From assembly GCA_937879955.1 (NCBI GenBank), contig CALFMK010000001.1, positions 442,356 to 506,355 on the forward strand: 64,000 nucleotides of DNA, in the 5' to 3' direction. The notes below the pieces were generated by a model. The model was given only the letters and a program-made list of their open reading frames with translations. It made no database searches and was not told the origin of the DNA. Made by a program: the position numbers and the translations under genes. The DNA is from an uncultured bacterium (GTDB taxonomy: Bacteria > Patescibacteriota > Minisyncoccia > Phycocordibacterales > Phycocordibacteraceae). Below are positions 19,650 through 29,111 of this stretch, in pieces (the first letter of the stretch is position 1; every line of letters begins with the position of its first letter).

Positions 19650-20207
19650 TCAGGGCCGCTCGTGCCTCAGGATGGCATCGAGCGCTTCCGGGAACGCCGC
19701 CATGGGCGTGGGGTAGCCGAAATGCTGCCTGTCCGGAAATTCGGCATACTCGCTCCCGAGCTTCTCATGCACGAAACGGCTTTCTTTGATCGGTATCACC
19801 GGATCGTCCACGGAGCCGAACTGCGCGATCCATCCCTGGTTTTCTTTGATGGCGTCCCACTGCCACGGGTCCTTGTAGTAGCCGGAGACCTTCTCGAGCA
19901 GCGAGCCGAGGTCGGTATGGCAGGCACCGACGAGCACCGAACCCCTTATCTTATGGGTCTCCGCGTACCGCATCGCGGCGACAGCTCCGGACGAGTAGCC
20001 CACGAGTATCGTATGCTCGTCCGCACCGAGCTTCTCGATGTACGGGAGCCAGACCGACCTCCTCGCCATGAAGTTGTCGGGGAACGTAGGGCTCACCGCA
20101 GGGATGCCGCGCTTCCCGAGCTCTTCGGCGAGCCACCCGAGCCACTGCGTGTTGCCGGTGCCGCCGGCGTTCCCGTGGATGATGATGGCCTTGATGGAGG
20201 GTTCCAT
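19650..20207 (-). CDS. RBBP9/YdeN-family alpha/beta hydrolase
   Basis: IIHGNAG, GYSSGA nucleophile, SVDDPVIP, QHF. Confidence 0.88.
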   Translation of the reverse strand: MEPSIKAIIIHGNAGGTGNTQWLGWLAEELGKRGIPAVSPTFPDNFMARRSVWLPYIEKLGADEHTILVGYSSGAVAAMRYAETHKIRGSVLVGACHTDLGSLLEKVSGYYKDPWQWDAIKENQGWIAQFGSVDDPVIPIKESRFVHEKLGSEYAEFPDRQHFGYPTPMAAFPEALDAILRHERP

Positions 20208-20288
20208 CGCTCCATTCTACTGGCGAAGGCGCTCGCGTCCTGTGCATAGAGAAAGCCGCGCGACCACATGGTCGCGCGGCTCTTACGC

Positions 20289-20774
20289 CTACGCAGCGCA
20301 CGGAGACAGCCAGGCCTCGGGATAGAGCTCGGCCGGAATGCCGCACGAACGGACGAACTCCCATTCCCAGCGCGCGCCGCGGGACGACTCCCATCCGGGC
20401 AGGAAGAGCGCCCGTGACACATGGCCGCATCCGAGGATCCTCCGATAGAAGACTTCCAGGATATCGGTGCAGTATGCGCCGCCATCATGGTGATCGGTCA
20501 CTCTGATGATCGCCTGCTGGAACGGGATCTGGTCGAACACCAGGAGGCCCTGTCCTCGCGCACGCTCTATGGCGAGCGCGAAGCGCTCCATGTTCTTCGG
20601 AAGCGTCCCGAGCCCTCCGGTCGTCATGGGCCCGCAGATCTGGATTATCTCCCGTCCCGTCACGCGCATGCGCTCGAGGATCGTCACGCCGACATGGCCT
20701 GCCTCTTCGAGCGTCCTTGCGGCTCGAAGAGATTCGATATGCGCTTCGGTCCAGTGCTCGTCGAACGATGTCAC
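20289..20774 (-). CDS. DUF4406-like / nucleoside deoxyribosyltransferase-like fold protein
   Basis: ICGPMTTG and LPGWESSRGARWE motifs; probable GTG start after GGAG. Confidence 0.6.
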   Translation of the reverse strand: MTSFDEHWTEAHIESLRAARTLEEAGHVGVTILERMRVTGREIIQICGPMTTGGLGTLPKNMERFALAIERARGQGLLVFDQIPFQQAIIRVTDHHDGGAYCTDILEVFYRRILGCGHVSRALFLPGWESSRGARWEWEFVRSCGIPAELYPEAWLSPCAA

Positions 20775-20841
20775 CGTCCTCTCCTTATTGTTATTGGTCC
20801 GTAGGGACAATACGCGCGCGCAGGCGCGCTGTCGAGCGGAG

Positions 20842-22557
20842 CTACACGGCCCTGAGGACCTCCTCGATCGAAGTCATGCCTTGTGCGGACTTGTAGAGCC
20901 CGTCCTCGAGCATCGTCAGCATGCCCTCTTTCCGGGCCTGAGCCTCGAGCGCTTCCGGCGTGCCGCCATGCAGGATCAGCTCTCGGATCGCCGACGAGAC
21001 CGCGAGCACCTCGTGGATGCCGATGCGTCCGGCGTAGCCGTCCTCGCATGCAGGGGACGGGACCGGCCTATAGAACGGCATCGCATCGAGCGACATGCCT
21101 TCCTTGATGAGCTTCTCTTCCGAGAGCGCCGCGAGCACGCGGTCGAACCGGTCAGCGTCCGCGATCTCTGCCCGCTCCGTCCTGTCGAGCGCGTACTGCT
21201 CCTTATCGTCGCAGAGGCGACGGACCAGCCGCTGTCCCACCACCAGGCGCAGCGTGGAAGCGAGCAGGAACGGCTCGACGCCCATGTCGATGAGCCGCGC
21301 TATCGCGCCTGCGGCCGAGTCCGTATGGATCGCCGAGAGGACGAGATGGCCCGTGAGCGCCGCGTTGACCGCGAGCGACGCGGTCTCCGCATCGCGGATC
21401 TCCCCCACCATGATGATGTTCGGATCCTGCCGCAGGAGCGCGCGGAGCCCGTTCGCGAACGTGAGGCCGGCGGCCGGATTGACCTGCGTCTGGTTAACGC
21501 GCTTCATCTGGTACTCGATCGGATACTCGATGGTCGATATGTCGACGTCCGGCGTATTGAGTATGTCGAGGAGCGTATAGAGCGTCGTGGTCTTGCCCGC
21601 GTCGGTCGGCCCGGCGACGAGGATGATGCCTCCGGCCTGCTTCATCGCCGCATGCACGCGCTCGAGCCCGGCCCCGTGGAATCCGAGCGTATCGAGCGTG
21701 AAGCCCTCGCCGGTCTCGCGCAGGAGCCGCATCACGATCTTCTCCCCGAAGTAGGTCGGCAGCGTCGATACGCGGAATGAGACTTTTTCCGTCTCAGTCT
21801 CCATCTTGAAGCGCCCGTCCTGCGGCAGACGCACCTCGCCCACCTTCAGGTCAGCGAGCCCCTTTACGCGCGCCGCGATGCTCGGAGCGGCTGCGCGCGG
21901 GAGCGTCATGGCATCATGCAGCGCGCCGTCGATGCGATAGCGCACGAGCATCTCGCTTTCCATGGGCTCGAGATGGATGTCGGACGCCTTCTGGATGATG
22001 GCGTGACGCAGGAGCGTATCCACGATACGCACGGTCGGCAGGTCCTCGCGAACGGTATCCTTCTCGTCCATGAGATTGATGCGGCCGACCTCGGCCGAAA
22101 TGAGGTCGCCGAACTCATCCTTGAGGGACTTCTGATACTGCACGAGCGCGCCCTTGAGCGAGCTCTCGTCAGTGAGGCGCGGAAGGATGCGCAGGCCGGT
22201 CTTCTTCCGTACGGAATCGATCGCCGGAAGGTCCTCGGTATCGAGCATGGCGACTTCGAGCTCTTCTCCGTCCCTCTTATAGGCGACGATGCTGTGCGTG
22301 CGCGCGATAGGTTCCGGGATGAGCGAGAGGACATCGAGTCCTATCTTCCGTTCCTTGAGGCTCACGAACGGTATGCCGAGGACATAGGACTTTATGCGGC
22401 GGAGCGAATCGCTCGAGAGGAGGCCCTGCGCGATGAGTACGTCGCCCACCGATTGCTGCTTCTGCTTCGCGTCGATGTCCGCAGCGTCGACGTCCTTCCG
22501 GGACACGAGCCCAGAGTCGAGTATGAATGCCTTGAGTTCGCTTTCAGGGACTTGCAT
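20842..22557 (-). CDS. GspE/PulE/PilB-family assembly ATPase
   Basis: ASDIHLEP, RYRIDG, PQDGRF, GEKIVMRL, Walker A GPTDAGKTT, LRQDPNIIMVGEIRD, LTGHLVLS. Confidence 0.93.
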   Translation of the reverse strand: MQVPESELKAFILDSGLVSRKDVDAADIDAKQKQQSVGDVLIAQGLLSSDSLRRIKSYVLGIPFVSLKERKIGLDVLSLIPEPIARTHSIVAYKRDGEELEVAMLDTEDLPAIDSVRKKTGLRILPRLTDESSLKGALVQYQKSLKDEFGDLISAEVGRINLMDEKDTVREDLPTVRIVDTLLRHAIIQKASDIHLEPMESEMLVRYRIDGALHDAMTLPRAAAPSIAARVKGLADLKVGEVRLPQDGRFKMETETEKVSFRVSTLPTYFGEKIVMRLLRETGEGFTLDTLGFHGAGLERVHAAMKQAGGIILVAGPTDAGKTTTLYTLLDILNTPDVDISTIEYPIEYQMKRVNQTQVNPAAGLTFANGLRALLRQDPNIIMVGEIRDAETASLAVNAALTGHLVLSAIHTDSAAGAIARLIDMGVEPFLLASTLRLVVGQRLVRRLCDDKEQYALDRTERAEIADADRFDRVLAALSEEKLIKEGMSLDAMPFYRPVPSPACEDGYAGRIGIHEVLAVSSAIRELILHGGTPEALEAQARKEGMLTMLEDGLYKSAQGMTSIEEVLRAV

Positions 22558-22675
22558 GCTGCGTAGTATCTAAAGTATAGCGTGTCGATGCGTCGCATCG
22601 TCTCACGTAACGGACCCGCGACGGGGAAAAGGCTCTTTCGTTCTCTAGCGATGCTGCATGCCGTAGAATGAAGAC

Positions 22676-23407
22676 ATGCACCGTCGCGCTTCGGAGAAAG
22701 GCTTCACGCTCATCGAGCTCCTCGTCGTGATCGCCATCATCGGCATCCTCTCGACCGTCGTGCTCGCGAGCCTCGCCACCGCGCGCGAGCGGGCGCGTAT
22801 CGCCGCGGCGAAGCAGCAGGATGCGTCCCTGTATCACGCGCTCGGGTCCGATCTCGTGGCGGCGTGGGATTTCGACGAGGGCAGCGGCACCGCCGTCTCC
22901 GACAGCTCCGGGGGCGGCAACAACGGCACGTATCCGACCCCGACATGGACGACCGCCTCGCCATATCCCTCCGGAAACGCGGCATCGTTCAACAACGGCA
23001 CGTACGCGACCTTTCCAGCGGTCCAGGGCCTTCCTTCGAATACCGTCACCGTGAGCGCGTGGGTATACCTAACGAATCATCGGAATTGGAACAATATCGT
23101 AAGAAACAACTGGATCGGTAATGGCTGGCTTCTCTTTACGGATGTGAACGGGAGTGCAATATTCGGCGTCGGACAGGGCAACACCCAATACACGACCAAG
23201 GGAAGGACCCAGATGTCACTGAATGCCTGGCATTTCATCGTCGGCACCTATGACGGCACGAAGGTCTCTATCTACGTAGACGGCGTGCTCGACGGCACCC
23301 CAACAACGATCACAGGCGCCGCACTTACTAATACCGGGTCCATAGAGGTGGGTCAGGGCACCATCGGATACGTCGATCGTGTACGCATCTACACCGGAAC
23401 TCCCTGA
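22676..23407 (+). CDS. Type IV pilin/pseudopilin with C-terminal LamG (concanavalin-like) domain
   Basis: KG|FTLIELLVVIAIIGIL prepilin site; AWDFDEGSG, TVSAWV, WHFIVGTYDG, YVDG. Confidence 0.92.
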   Translation: MHRRASEKGFTLIELLVVIAIIGILSTVVLASLATARERARIAAAKQQDASLYHALGSDLVAAWDFDEGSGTAVSDSSGGGNNGTYPTPTWTTASPYPSGNAASFNNGTYATFPAVQGLPSNTVTVSAWVYLTNHRNWNNIVRNNWIGNGWLLFTDVNGSAIFGVGQGNTQYTTKGRTQMSLNAWHFIVGTYDGTKVSIYVDGVLDGTPTTITGAALTNTGSIEVGQGTIGYVDRVRIYTGTP

Positions 23408-23417
23408 TGCGCGAACA

Positions 23418-23445
23418 TTGACGCAATACCTATATATGGTAGATT
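23418..23445 (+). promoter_or_regulatory. Sigma70-type promoter for nusA
   Basis: TTGACG-N16-TAGATT with an extended TG; hairpin in the leader at about 23456-23482. Confidence 0.55.
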
Positions 23446-23568
23446 CTATCTAACTGGAATGTCCGCACCCGCGGGCATTTCCTTTTAGGGAGAGCCCTCC
23501 GCGTGCGAGAATGAGCAGGCAACCGGGCGAACAATTACATACTGTGCGGACAACTAAATACAGGACCT

Positions 23569-24960
23569 ATGTTGGATCTCAAGACAATCAATTCAGTGCT
23601 CACCGAGTTCGAGGAACGCGGCATCACCAAGGAGACCATGGTGGACGCGATCGAGCAGGCGATGGCCACCGCCTATAAGAAGGAATACGGCAAGCGCGGC
23701 CAGGTGGTGCGCGGCATGCTCGACATGAACACCGGCACCGTCTCCTTCGAGCAGGTGAAGACGATCGTCGACGAGACGATGGTCCGGTTCCCTGAGGAGG
23801 GCGAGGAGGTCGCAGAGCTCCCGTCCCACCATCCGCATTTCGACCGCGAGGAGGAGGTCGCCGAGGGCGAGCTCCCGCGCTATGACGCCGAGAAGCACAT
23901 CCTCCTCGAGGACGCGAAGCGCATGAAGCGCACCGCGGAGCTCGGCGAGGAGATCATCTTCCCGCTCGAGCCGCAGGACGACTTCGGCCGCATCGCCGCG
24001 CAGACCGCGAAGCAGGTCGTCATCCAGAAGATCCGCGAGGCAGAGAAGCTCTCCATCCTCGACGAGTTCGGCCACAAGAAGGGCGAGATCGTCACGGGTA
24101 TCGTGCAGCGCGCTGAGCGCGGCGCAATCTTCGTCGACCTCGGCCGCGCGACCGGTATCATCCCGTACGAGGAGCAGATCCCGGGCGAGCGCTACCGTCC
24201 AGGAGAGCGCATCAGCGCGTACCTCTACGCCGTCGATGAGGGCTTCCGCGGCGTCTACCTCCGCCTCTCCCGCAGCCATCCTCGCTTCCTCACTCGTCTC
24301 TTCGAGATGGAGGTACCGGAGCTCGCTTCCGGATCCATCGAGATCAAGGGCCTCGCGCGCGAGCCAGGAAGCCGCACGAAGATCGCTATCGCGTCGAACG
24401 ACCCGCATGTGGACCCGGTCGGATCCCTCGTGGGCCAGCGCGGCGTGCGCGTCTCGACCGTGATGGCGGCCCTCGGCGGCGAGCGCATCGACATCATCGA
24501 ATGGTCCGAGGACCAGGCGGCATACATCAAGGAGTCCCTCTCCCCTGCCACCGTCGTCGAGGTCGAGCTCGATGAGGAAGGTCATCGCGCGGCGGTGACC
24601 GTCACCGAGGACCAGCAGTCGCTCGCGATCGGCCGCGGTGGACAGAACGTCCGCCTCGCCGCAAAGCTCACTGGCTGGAACATCGACATCATGGCGATCG
24701 GCGGCGAGAGCGTCGCCGAGACCGAAGCGCCTGTCGAGGCCGCAGAAGGCGCATCCGACGAGTCCGTCGCCGCGCTCGAGGAGGCAGAGGATCTCGACCC
24801 AGCGGTCGCCGCAGGCATCGACCCGACCGAGTCCGAGTCCGTTATCACGGAGGACGACCAGGCGGACGGCGCCCTCACCGTCGAGGACGAGACCGCGTTC
24901 GACGATAACGGCCCGGTCGCGGACGCCGAAGAGGCGCGCGACGAGAAGGAATCCGCGTAA
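23569..24960 (+). CDS. nusA: Transcription factor NusA with a long acidic C-terminal tail
   Basis: FGRIAAQTAKQV, AREPGSRTK, GERIDII, SLAIGRGGQNVRLAAKLTGW. Confidence 0.98.
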   Translation: MLDLKTINSVLTEFEERGITKETMVDAIEQAMATAYKKEYGKRGQVVRGMLDMNTGTVSFEQVKTIVDETMVRFPEEGEEVAELPSHHPHFDREEEVAEGELPRYDAEKHILLEDAKRMKRTAELGEEIIFPLEPQDDFGRIAAQTAKQVVIQKIREAEKLSILDEFGHKKGEIVTGIVQRAERGAIFVDLGRATGIIPYEEQIPGERYRPGERISAYLYAVDEGFRGVYLRLSRSHPRFLTRLFEMEVPELASGSIEIKGLAREPGSRTKIAIASNDPHVDPVGSLVGQRGVRVSTVMAALGGERIDIIEWSEDQAAYIKESLSPATVVEVELDEEGHRAAVTVTEDQQSLAIGRGGQNVRLAAKLTGWNIDIMAIGGESVAETEAPVEAAEGASDESVAALEEAEDLDPAVAAGIDPTESESVITEDDQADGALTVEDETAFDDNGPVADAEEARDEKESA

Positions 24961-24978
24961 GCTAACCTTGTACGAACC

Positions 24979-25500
24979 ATGAACCTCCTGCACGACATCA
25001 ATCCGGGCTCCAGGGACGAGATGAACGTTATCATCGAGATCCCGCGCGGCTCGCACAACAAGTACGAGATCGACAAGGAGACCGGCATCATCGCGCTTGA
25101 CCGCGTCCTGCACACCGCACAGACCTATCCGTTCGACTATGGCTTCGTGCCGCAGACGCTCTGGGACGACGGTGACGCGCTCGACGTAGTGCTGCTCACG
25201 ACCAACCCGCTCATGCCGGGCATCCTCGTGCGTGCACGCCCTATCGCGACGCTCCCGATGGTGGACGGCGGCGATTCCGACGAGAAGATCCTCGCGGTGC
25301 CGGTCGCCGACCCGCGCTTCGACGACATCAAGGACCTCGCAGACGTGAACAAGCACACGCTCAAGGAGATCGCGCACTTCTTCGAGACCTACAAGAAGAT
25401 CCAGAACAAGGAGGTCACGCTCTCCGCATGGGCCGACAAGGCCGCGGCGCAGTCAGCGTTCGACCGTTCCGTATCGCTGTACCAGGAGAAGAAGGCGTAA
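24979..25500 (+). CDS. ppa: Inorganic pyrophosphatase (family I)
   Basis: IEIPRGSHNKYE, YGFVPQT, DGDALD, HFFETYK. Confidence 0.97.
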   Translation: MNLLHDINPGSRDEMNVIIEIPRGSHNKYEIDKETGIIALDRVLHTAQTYPFDYGFVPQTLWDDGDALDVVLLTTNPLMPGILVRARPIATLPMVDGGDSDEKILAVPVADPRFDDIKDLADVNKHTLKEIAHFFETYKKIQNKEVTLSAWADKAAAQSAFDRSVSLYQEKKA

Positions 25501-25512
25501 GCCGCAGGCCTG

Positions 25513-25545
25513 AAAGCGCCTGGCTCCCAGGGAGCCAGGCGCTTT
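25513..25545 (+). terminator. Terminator of nusA-ppa
   Basis: AAAGCGCCTGGCTCC-cag-GGAGCCAGGCGCTTT. Confidence 0.75.
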
Positions 25546-25618
25546 GCGTATCCCCACGGAACGGGCGGCTTTCGCGTGCGTCGCCTATACTTGAGAGTAT
25601 TAGCTAACCCGACCATCC

Positions 25619-25900
25619 ATGGACAACGCACCAGACCAGACCGTTGAAAATTCCGCACCAGAATCGCAGGCGCCTTTCGCCGTAGAACCGAAGAAGGGGC
25701 CAGCATACGGCGCGATCCTCGGCATCATCCTCATCGTAGCCGTGCTCGTGGTCGGCGCGTTCTATGTCTGGGGCGAGCGCTTGAAGCAGAACGATGTCAC
25801 GATCCCGGAGGAGGGCGTCCCGTCCGAAGGCACGATGCCTCGCGGGGGCTCGGTGGATGGCAGCATCCAGATCGAGGCAGACGGCACAGAGGCGCAGTAG
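25619..25900 (+). CDS. Small single-TM hypothetical protein
   Basis: [24 protein letters not shown] segment with acidic flanks; hairpin downstream. Confidence 0.75.
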   Translation: MDNAPDQTVENSAPESQAPFAVEPKKGPAYGAILGIILIVAVLVVGAFYVWGERLKQNDVTIPEEGVPSEGTMPRGGSVDGSIQIEADGTEAQ

Positions 25901-25979
25901 CACAGGCCATTCATGGAAACGCCCCGCATGCGCGGGGCGTTTTTCGCATATCCCAGGTCTTTGGTACTATGACCTGACT

Positions 25980-26588
25980 ATGGAACACACACATACCAAT
26001 CCTCGTGCGACGCTCGTGCCGATGGTCGTCGAGAAGACGCAGTTCGGAGAGCGCGGCTATGACATCTACTCCCGCCTCCTCAAGGACCGCATCGTGTTCC
26101 TTACCGGAGGTATCGATGACGATATGGCGAACCTCGTGATCGCGCAGCTCCTCTTCCTCGAGTCCGAGGACCCGAAGAAGGACATCTCGCTCTACGTGAA
26201 CAGTCCGGGCGGCTCGGTGACGGCCGGCCTCGCCATCCTCGACACCATGAACCACGTGAAGCCGGACGTCTCTACGGTCGTGGTCGGCATGGCAGCGTCC
26301 GCGGCGGCGGTCATCCTCGCCGCAGGCGCCAAGGGCAAGCGCTACGCGCTCCCGAACTCAGAGGTGATGATCCATCAGCCATGGGGCGGCGCACAGGGCC
26401 AGGCGACCGATATCGAGATCACGGCGAAACACATCCTCGCGACGCGTGACCGCCTTAACAAGATCCTCGCGAAGGCGACCGGCCAGGAGCTCTCGAAGAT
26501 CGAGAAGGACGTCGAGCGCGATTACTTCATGATGGCGGACGAGGCGAAGAAGTACGGCCTCGTCGACCAGGTCTACAAGTCGAAATAG
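25980..26588 (+). CDS. clpP: ATP-dependent Clp protease proteolytic subunit
   Basis: [38 protein letters not shown]; start ATG 25980. Confidence 0.98.
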   Translation: MEHTHTNPRATLVPMVVEKTQFGERGYDIYSRLLKDRIVFLTGGIDDDMANLVIAQLLFLESEDPKKDISLYVNSPGGSVTAGLAILDTMNHVKPDVSTVVVGMAASAAAVILAAGAKGKRYALPNSEVMIHQPWGGAQGQATDIEITAKHILATRDRLNKILAKATGQELSKIEKDVERDYFMMADEAKKYGLVDQVYKSK

Positions 26589-26601
26589 CCGCATCCTGAC
26601 G

Positions 26602-26635
26602 CGAAACGCCCCGGCCCAGCGTCCGGGGCGTTTCG
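26602..26635 (+). terminator. clpP terminator
   Basis: CGAAACGCCCCGG...CCGGGGCGTTTCG. Confidence 0.7.
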
Positions 26636-26772
26636 TTTGCGAAATAGCGAAAAAGTGTTATTTTATAAGGGTTCTGGGGCATCTGCACCTGCTGAAACGG
26701 CTGAAAATCTGAGCCCCGAGCCTAACCTGTCCATACCCCTTCCCGTACGCGGGAAGGTTCACCACCTGTTTT

Positions 26773-28302
26773 ATGTCCATAAAGATCGTACTGAGCCTCC
26801 TTGCCCTCTCGGGCCTCGCCGGCATCGCCCTGGGCTACGTGCTCCGTCTCTTGATCGCGCTCGGCCAGCGCGGCTCCCTCGAGCTCGAGGTCAAGCAGAA
26901 GATGCTCGAGGCGAAGGAGCGCGCGAGCCGCGTGCTCGAAGAGGCTGAGGAGCGCGCCAAGCGCCAGGAGGAGGAGCGCATCCTCCCGCTCAAGGAGCGC
27001 GAGGAGAAGGTTGCCAAGGCTGCCGAGCGCATCGCCAAGCGCGAAGAGTTCCTCGACGAGCGCGAGCGAGCGCTCGCGCTCGAGCTCGACGACGTGAAGA
27101 ATCGCGAGAACGAGGCCGCGAACATGAGACGCGAGGCTGAGAAGCTCCGCGAGGAGCGCAGGCACGAGCTCGCGCGCGTAAGCCGCCTCTCTGAGAAGGA
27201 CGCGAAGACGCTTCTCATCCGCGATCTCGAGGATTCACACGAAGAAAGCGTCCTTGCACGCCTCCAGAAGCTCGCCGCCAACGGACGCGAGCAGCTCGAG
27301 GACAAGGCCCGTTCCATACTCCTCGCGAGCATCCACCGCATGGCAGCGAACGTGAACAGCGAAGTCATGACGCTCTCCGTCACGATCCCGTCCGAGGAGA
27401 TGAAGGGGAAGATCATCGGCAAGGAAGGCCGCAACATAAAGGCCTTCGAGCGCGCGACCGGCGTCGATGTCATCATCGATGACGCGCCTGACAAGATAAC
27501 CCTGTCCTCGTTCGATCCGCTCCGCCGCCACACCGCGAAGATCGCGCTCGAGAACCTCATCGAGGACGGAAGGATCCAGCCGGCGAAGATCGAGGAGGCG
27601 GTCGAGAAGGCACGGGCCGACGTCCAGCAGTCCATCCAGCAGAAGGGCGAGGCGGCAGCGTACGAGGCCGGTGTCATCGGACTCGACCCGAGGCTCGTCG
27701 CGCTCCTCGGCCGCCTGCATTTCCGCACGAGCTACGGCCAGAACGTGCTCCAGCACTCGGTGGAGATGGCGCATATCGCCGGCATGCTCGCATCAGAGCT
27801 CGGCGCGAATGCGGACATCGCCAGGGCCGGCGCGCTCCTGCACGACATCGGGAAGGCCGTGGACCATGAGGTAGAGGGGACGCATGTCGAGATCGGGCGC
27901 CGCATCCTCGAGAAGTTCGGGGTCGAAAAGGCGGTCATCCAGGCCATGCAGTCGCATCACGAGGAATATCCGTACGAGACCCCTGAGTCCATGATCGTCC
28001 AAGCGGCTGACGCGCTCTCGGCAGGAAGGCCCGGCGCCCGGCGCGATACCGTAGAGCGCTACCTCGAGCGCCTTACGGATCTCGAGCGCATCGCGCGCGG
28101 GTACGAGGGCGTCGAGAAGGTTCATGCCATCTCTGCCGGCCGTGAGATCCGCATATTCGTGAACCCGGGGAAGGTCTCGGACCTCGCGATGCACCGCATG
28201 GCACGCGATATCGCCGAGCGCGTACAGCAGGAACTGAAATACCCGGGAGAGATTAAGGTGAACGTGATTCGCGAGAATCGCGTCGTCGAGTTCGCCCGCT
28301 AA
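26773..28302 (+). CDS. rny: Ribonuclease Y
   Basis: N-terminal TM and coiled coil, KH domain (GKIIGKEGRNI), HD domain (RTSYGQNVLQHS, LLHDIGK), SAGRPGAR. Confidence 0.97.
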   Translation: MSIKIVLSLLALSGLAGIALGYVLRLLIALGQRGSLELEVKQKMLEAKERASRVLEEAEERAKRQEEERILPLKEREEKVAKAAERIAKREEFLDERERALALELDDVKNRENEAANMRREAEKLREERRHELARVSRLSEKDAKTLLIRDLEDSHEESVLARLQKLAANGREQLEDKARSILLASIHRMAANVNSEVMTLSVTIPSEEMKGKIIGKEGRNIKAFERATGVDVIIDDAPDKITLSSFDPLRRHTAKIALENLIEDGRIQPAKIEEAVEKARADVQQSIQQKGEAAAYEAGVIGLDPRLVALLGRLHFRTSYGQNVLQHSVEMAHIAGMLASELGANADIARAGALLHDIGKAVDHEVEGTHVEIGRRILEKFGVEKAVIQAMQSHHEEYPYETPESMIVQAADALSAGRPGARRDTVERYLERLTDLERIARGYEGVEKVHAISAGREIRIFVNPGKVSDLAMHRMARDIAERVQQELKYPGEIKVNVIRENRVVEFAR

Positions 28303-28313
28303 CCAGAATACTA

Positions 28314-28351
28314 ATACACAAAGGCCCCGCACCTGCGGGGCCTTTGTGTAT
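28314..28351. terminator. Bidirectional terminator after rny
   Basis: ATACACAAAGGCCCCGCA-cc-TGCGGGGCCTTTGTGTAT. Confidence 0.8.
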
Positions 28352-28633
28352 CTAGCTATATTCTAGGCCGCGTCTTCGTACAGCTGGCCGTTTATGCGTT
28401 CCGCGCGCATGATACGTCGCTGCCTGCTCGCTTTTGAGCAGATTCTTCTCTTCCAGATGAAGAAGCTTGTCGTACGCGAACGTGAGCAGGAATTTCTGGG
28501 CACTGCGGCCCGTCTCTCCGCTCGCGAGACGGCTCTCGAGGTCGGCGAATTGCTGCTCGAGATCTCGCAGCTCATCCTTCTCATGCTCTTCTCGCGTCGG
28601 GTGCTTGCTCTGGAATGACGCTTCGAGACTCAT
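28352..28633 (-). CDS. Small hypothetical helical protein (3' end possibly frameshifted)
   Basis: TATACT 6 nt before ATG 28633; charged helical sequence. Confidence 0.55.
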   Translation of the reverse strand: MSLEASFQSKHPTREEHEKDELRDLEQQFADLESRLASGETGRSAQKFLLTFAYDKLLHLEEKNLLKSEQAATYHARGTHKRPAVRRRGLEYS

Positions 28634-28792
28634 GAGGATAGTATACCGAGACCGGAATGCGTGATTTCACCTTATCCACGTACTTTTTCAAGACCTATTG
28701 CACAAAACGGCTCATTTCCTATACTTCTTCACGTAGCCCTTATGTAGGGCTTTACAAAAAGCCCTACTAGGGAATAACCCTCATTTACGATC

Positions 28793-29065
28793 ATGAACAA
28801 AGCAAACATCGCGGAGAAGGTGCAGGAGGTGCTCGGCGGCACGAAGGCTGACGCAGAGCGCGCAGTCGAGTGCGTCATCAGCAGCATCACCGACGGCCTC
28901 AAGAGCGGCGACGAGGTTTCGATCGCAGGGCTCGGCATCTTCAGCGCGAAGGCTCGCCCAGCACGCACCGGACGCAACCCACGCACCGGCGAGACCATCA
29001 AGATCGCCGCTACCCGCACACCGAAGTTCCGCGCTGCTAAGGCGCTCAAGGACGCGGTTAAGTAG
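28793..29065 (+). CDS. hup: HU DNA-binding protein
   Basis: MNKANI, GLGIFS, RTGRNPRTGETIKI, PKFRAAKALKDAV. Confidence 0.97.
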   Translation: MNKANIAEKVQEVLGGTKADAERAVECVISSITDGLKSGDEVSIAGLGIFSAKARPARTGRNPRTGETIKIAATRTPKFRAAKALKDAVK

Positions 29066-29083
29066 TTTGAAGCGTTCCTAAGA

Positions 29084-29109
29084 AAAAGCCCCGCATCTGC
29101 GGGGCTTTT
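29084..29109. terminator. Bidirectional terminator between hup and rarA
   Basis: AAAAGCCCCGCA-tc-TGCGGGGCTTTT. Confidence 0.8.
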
Positions 29110-29111
29110 CC

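Noticed and set aside
28672-28680. Isolated DnaA-box-like 9-mers (also near 984 and 4656)
   Set aside because: Single one-mismatch hits are expected by chance; no clustering
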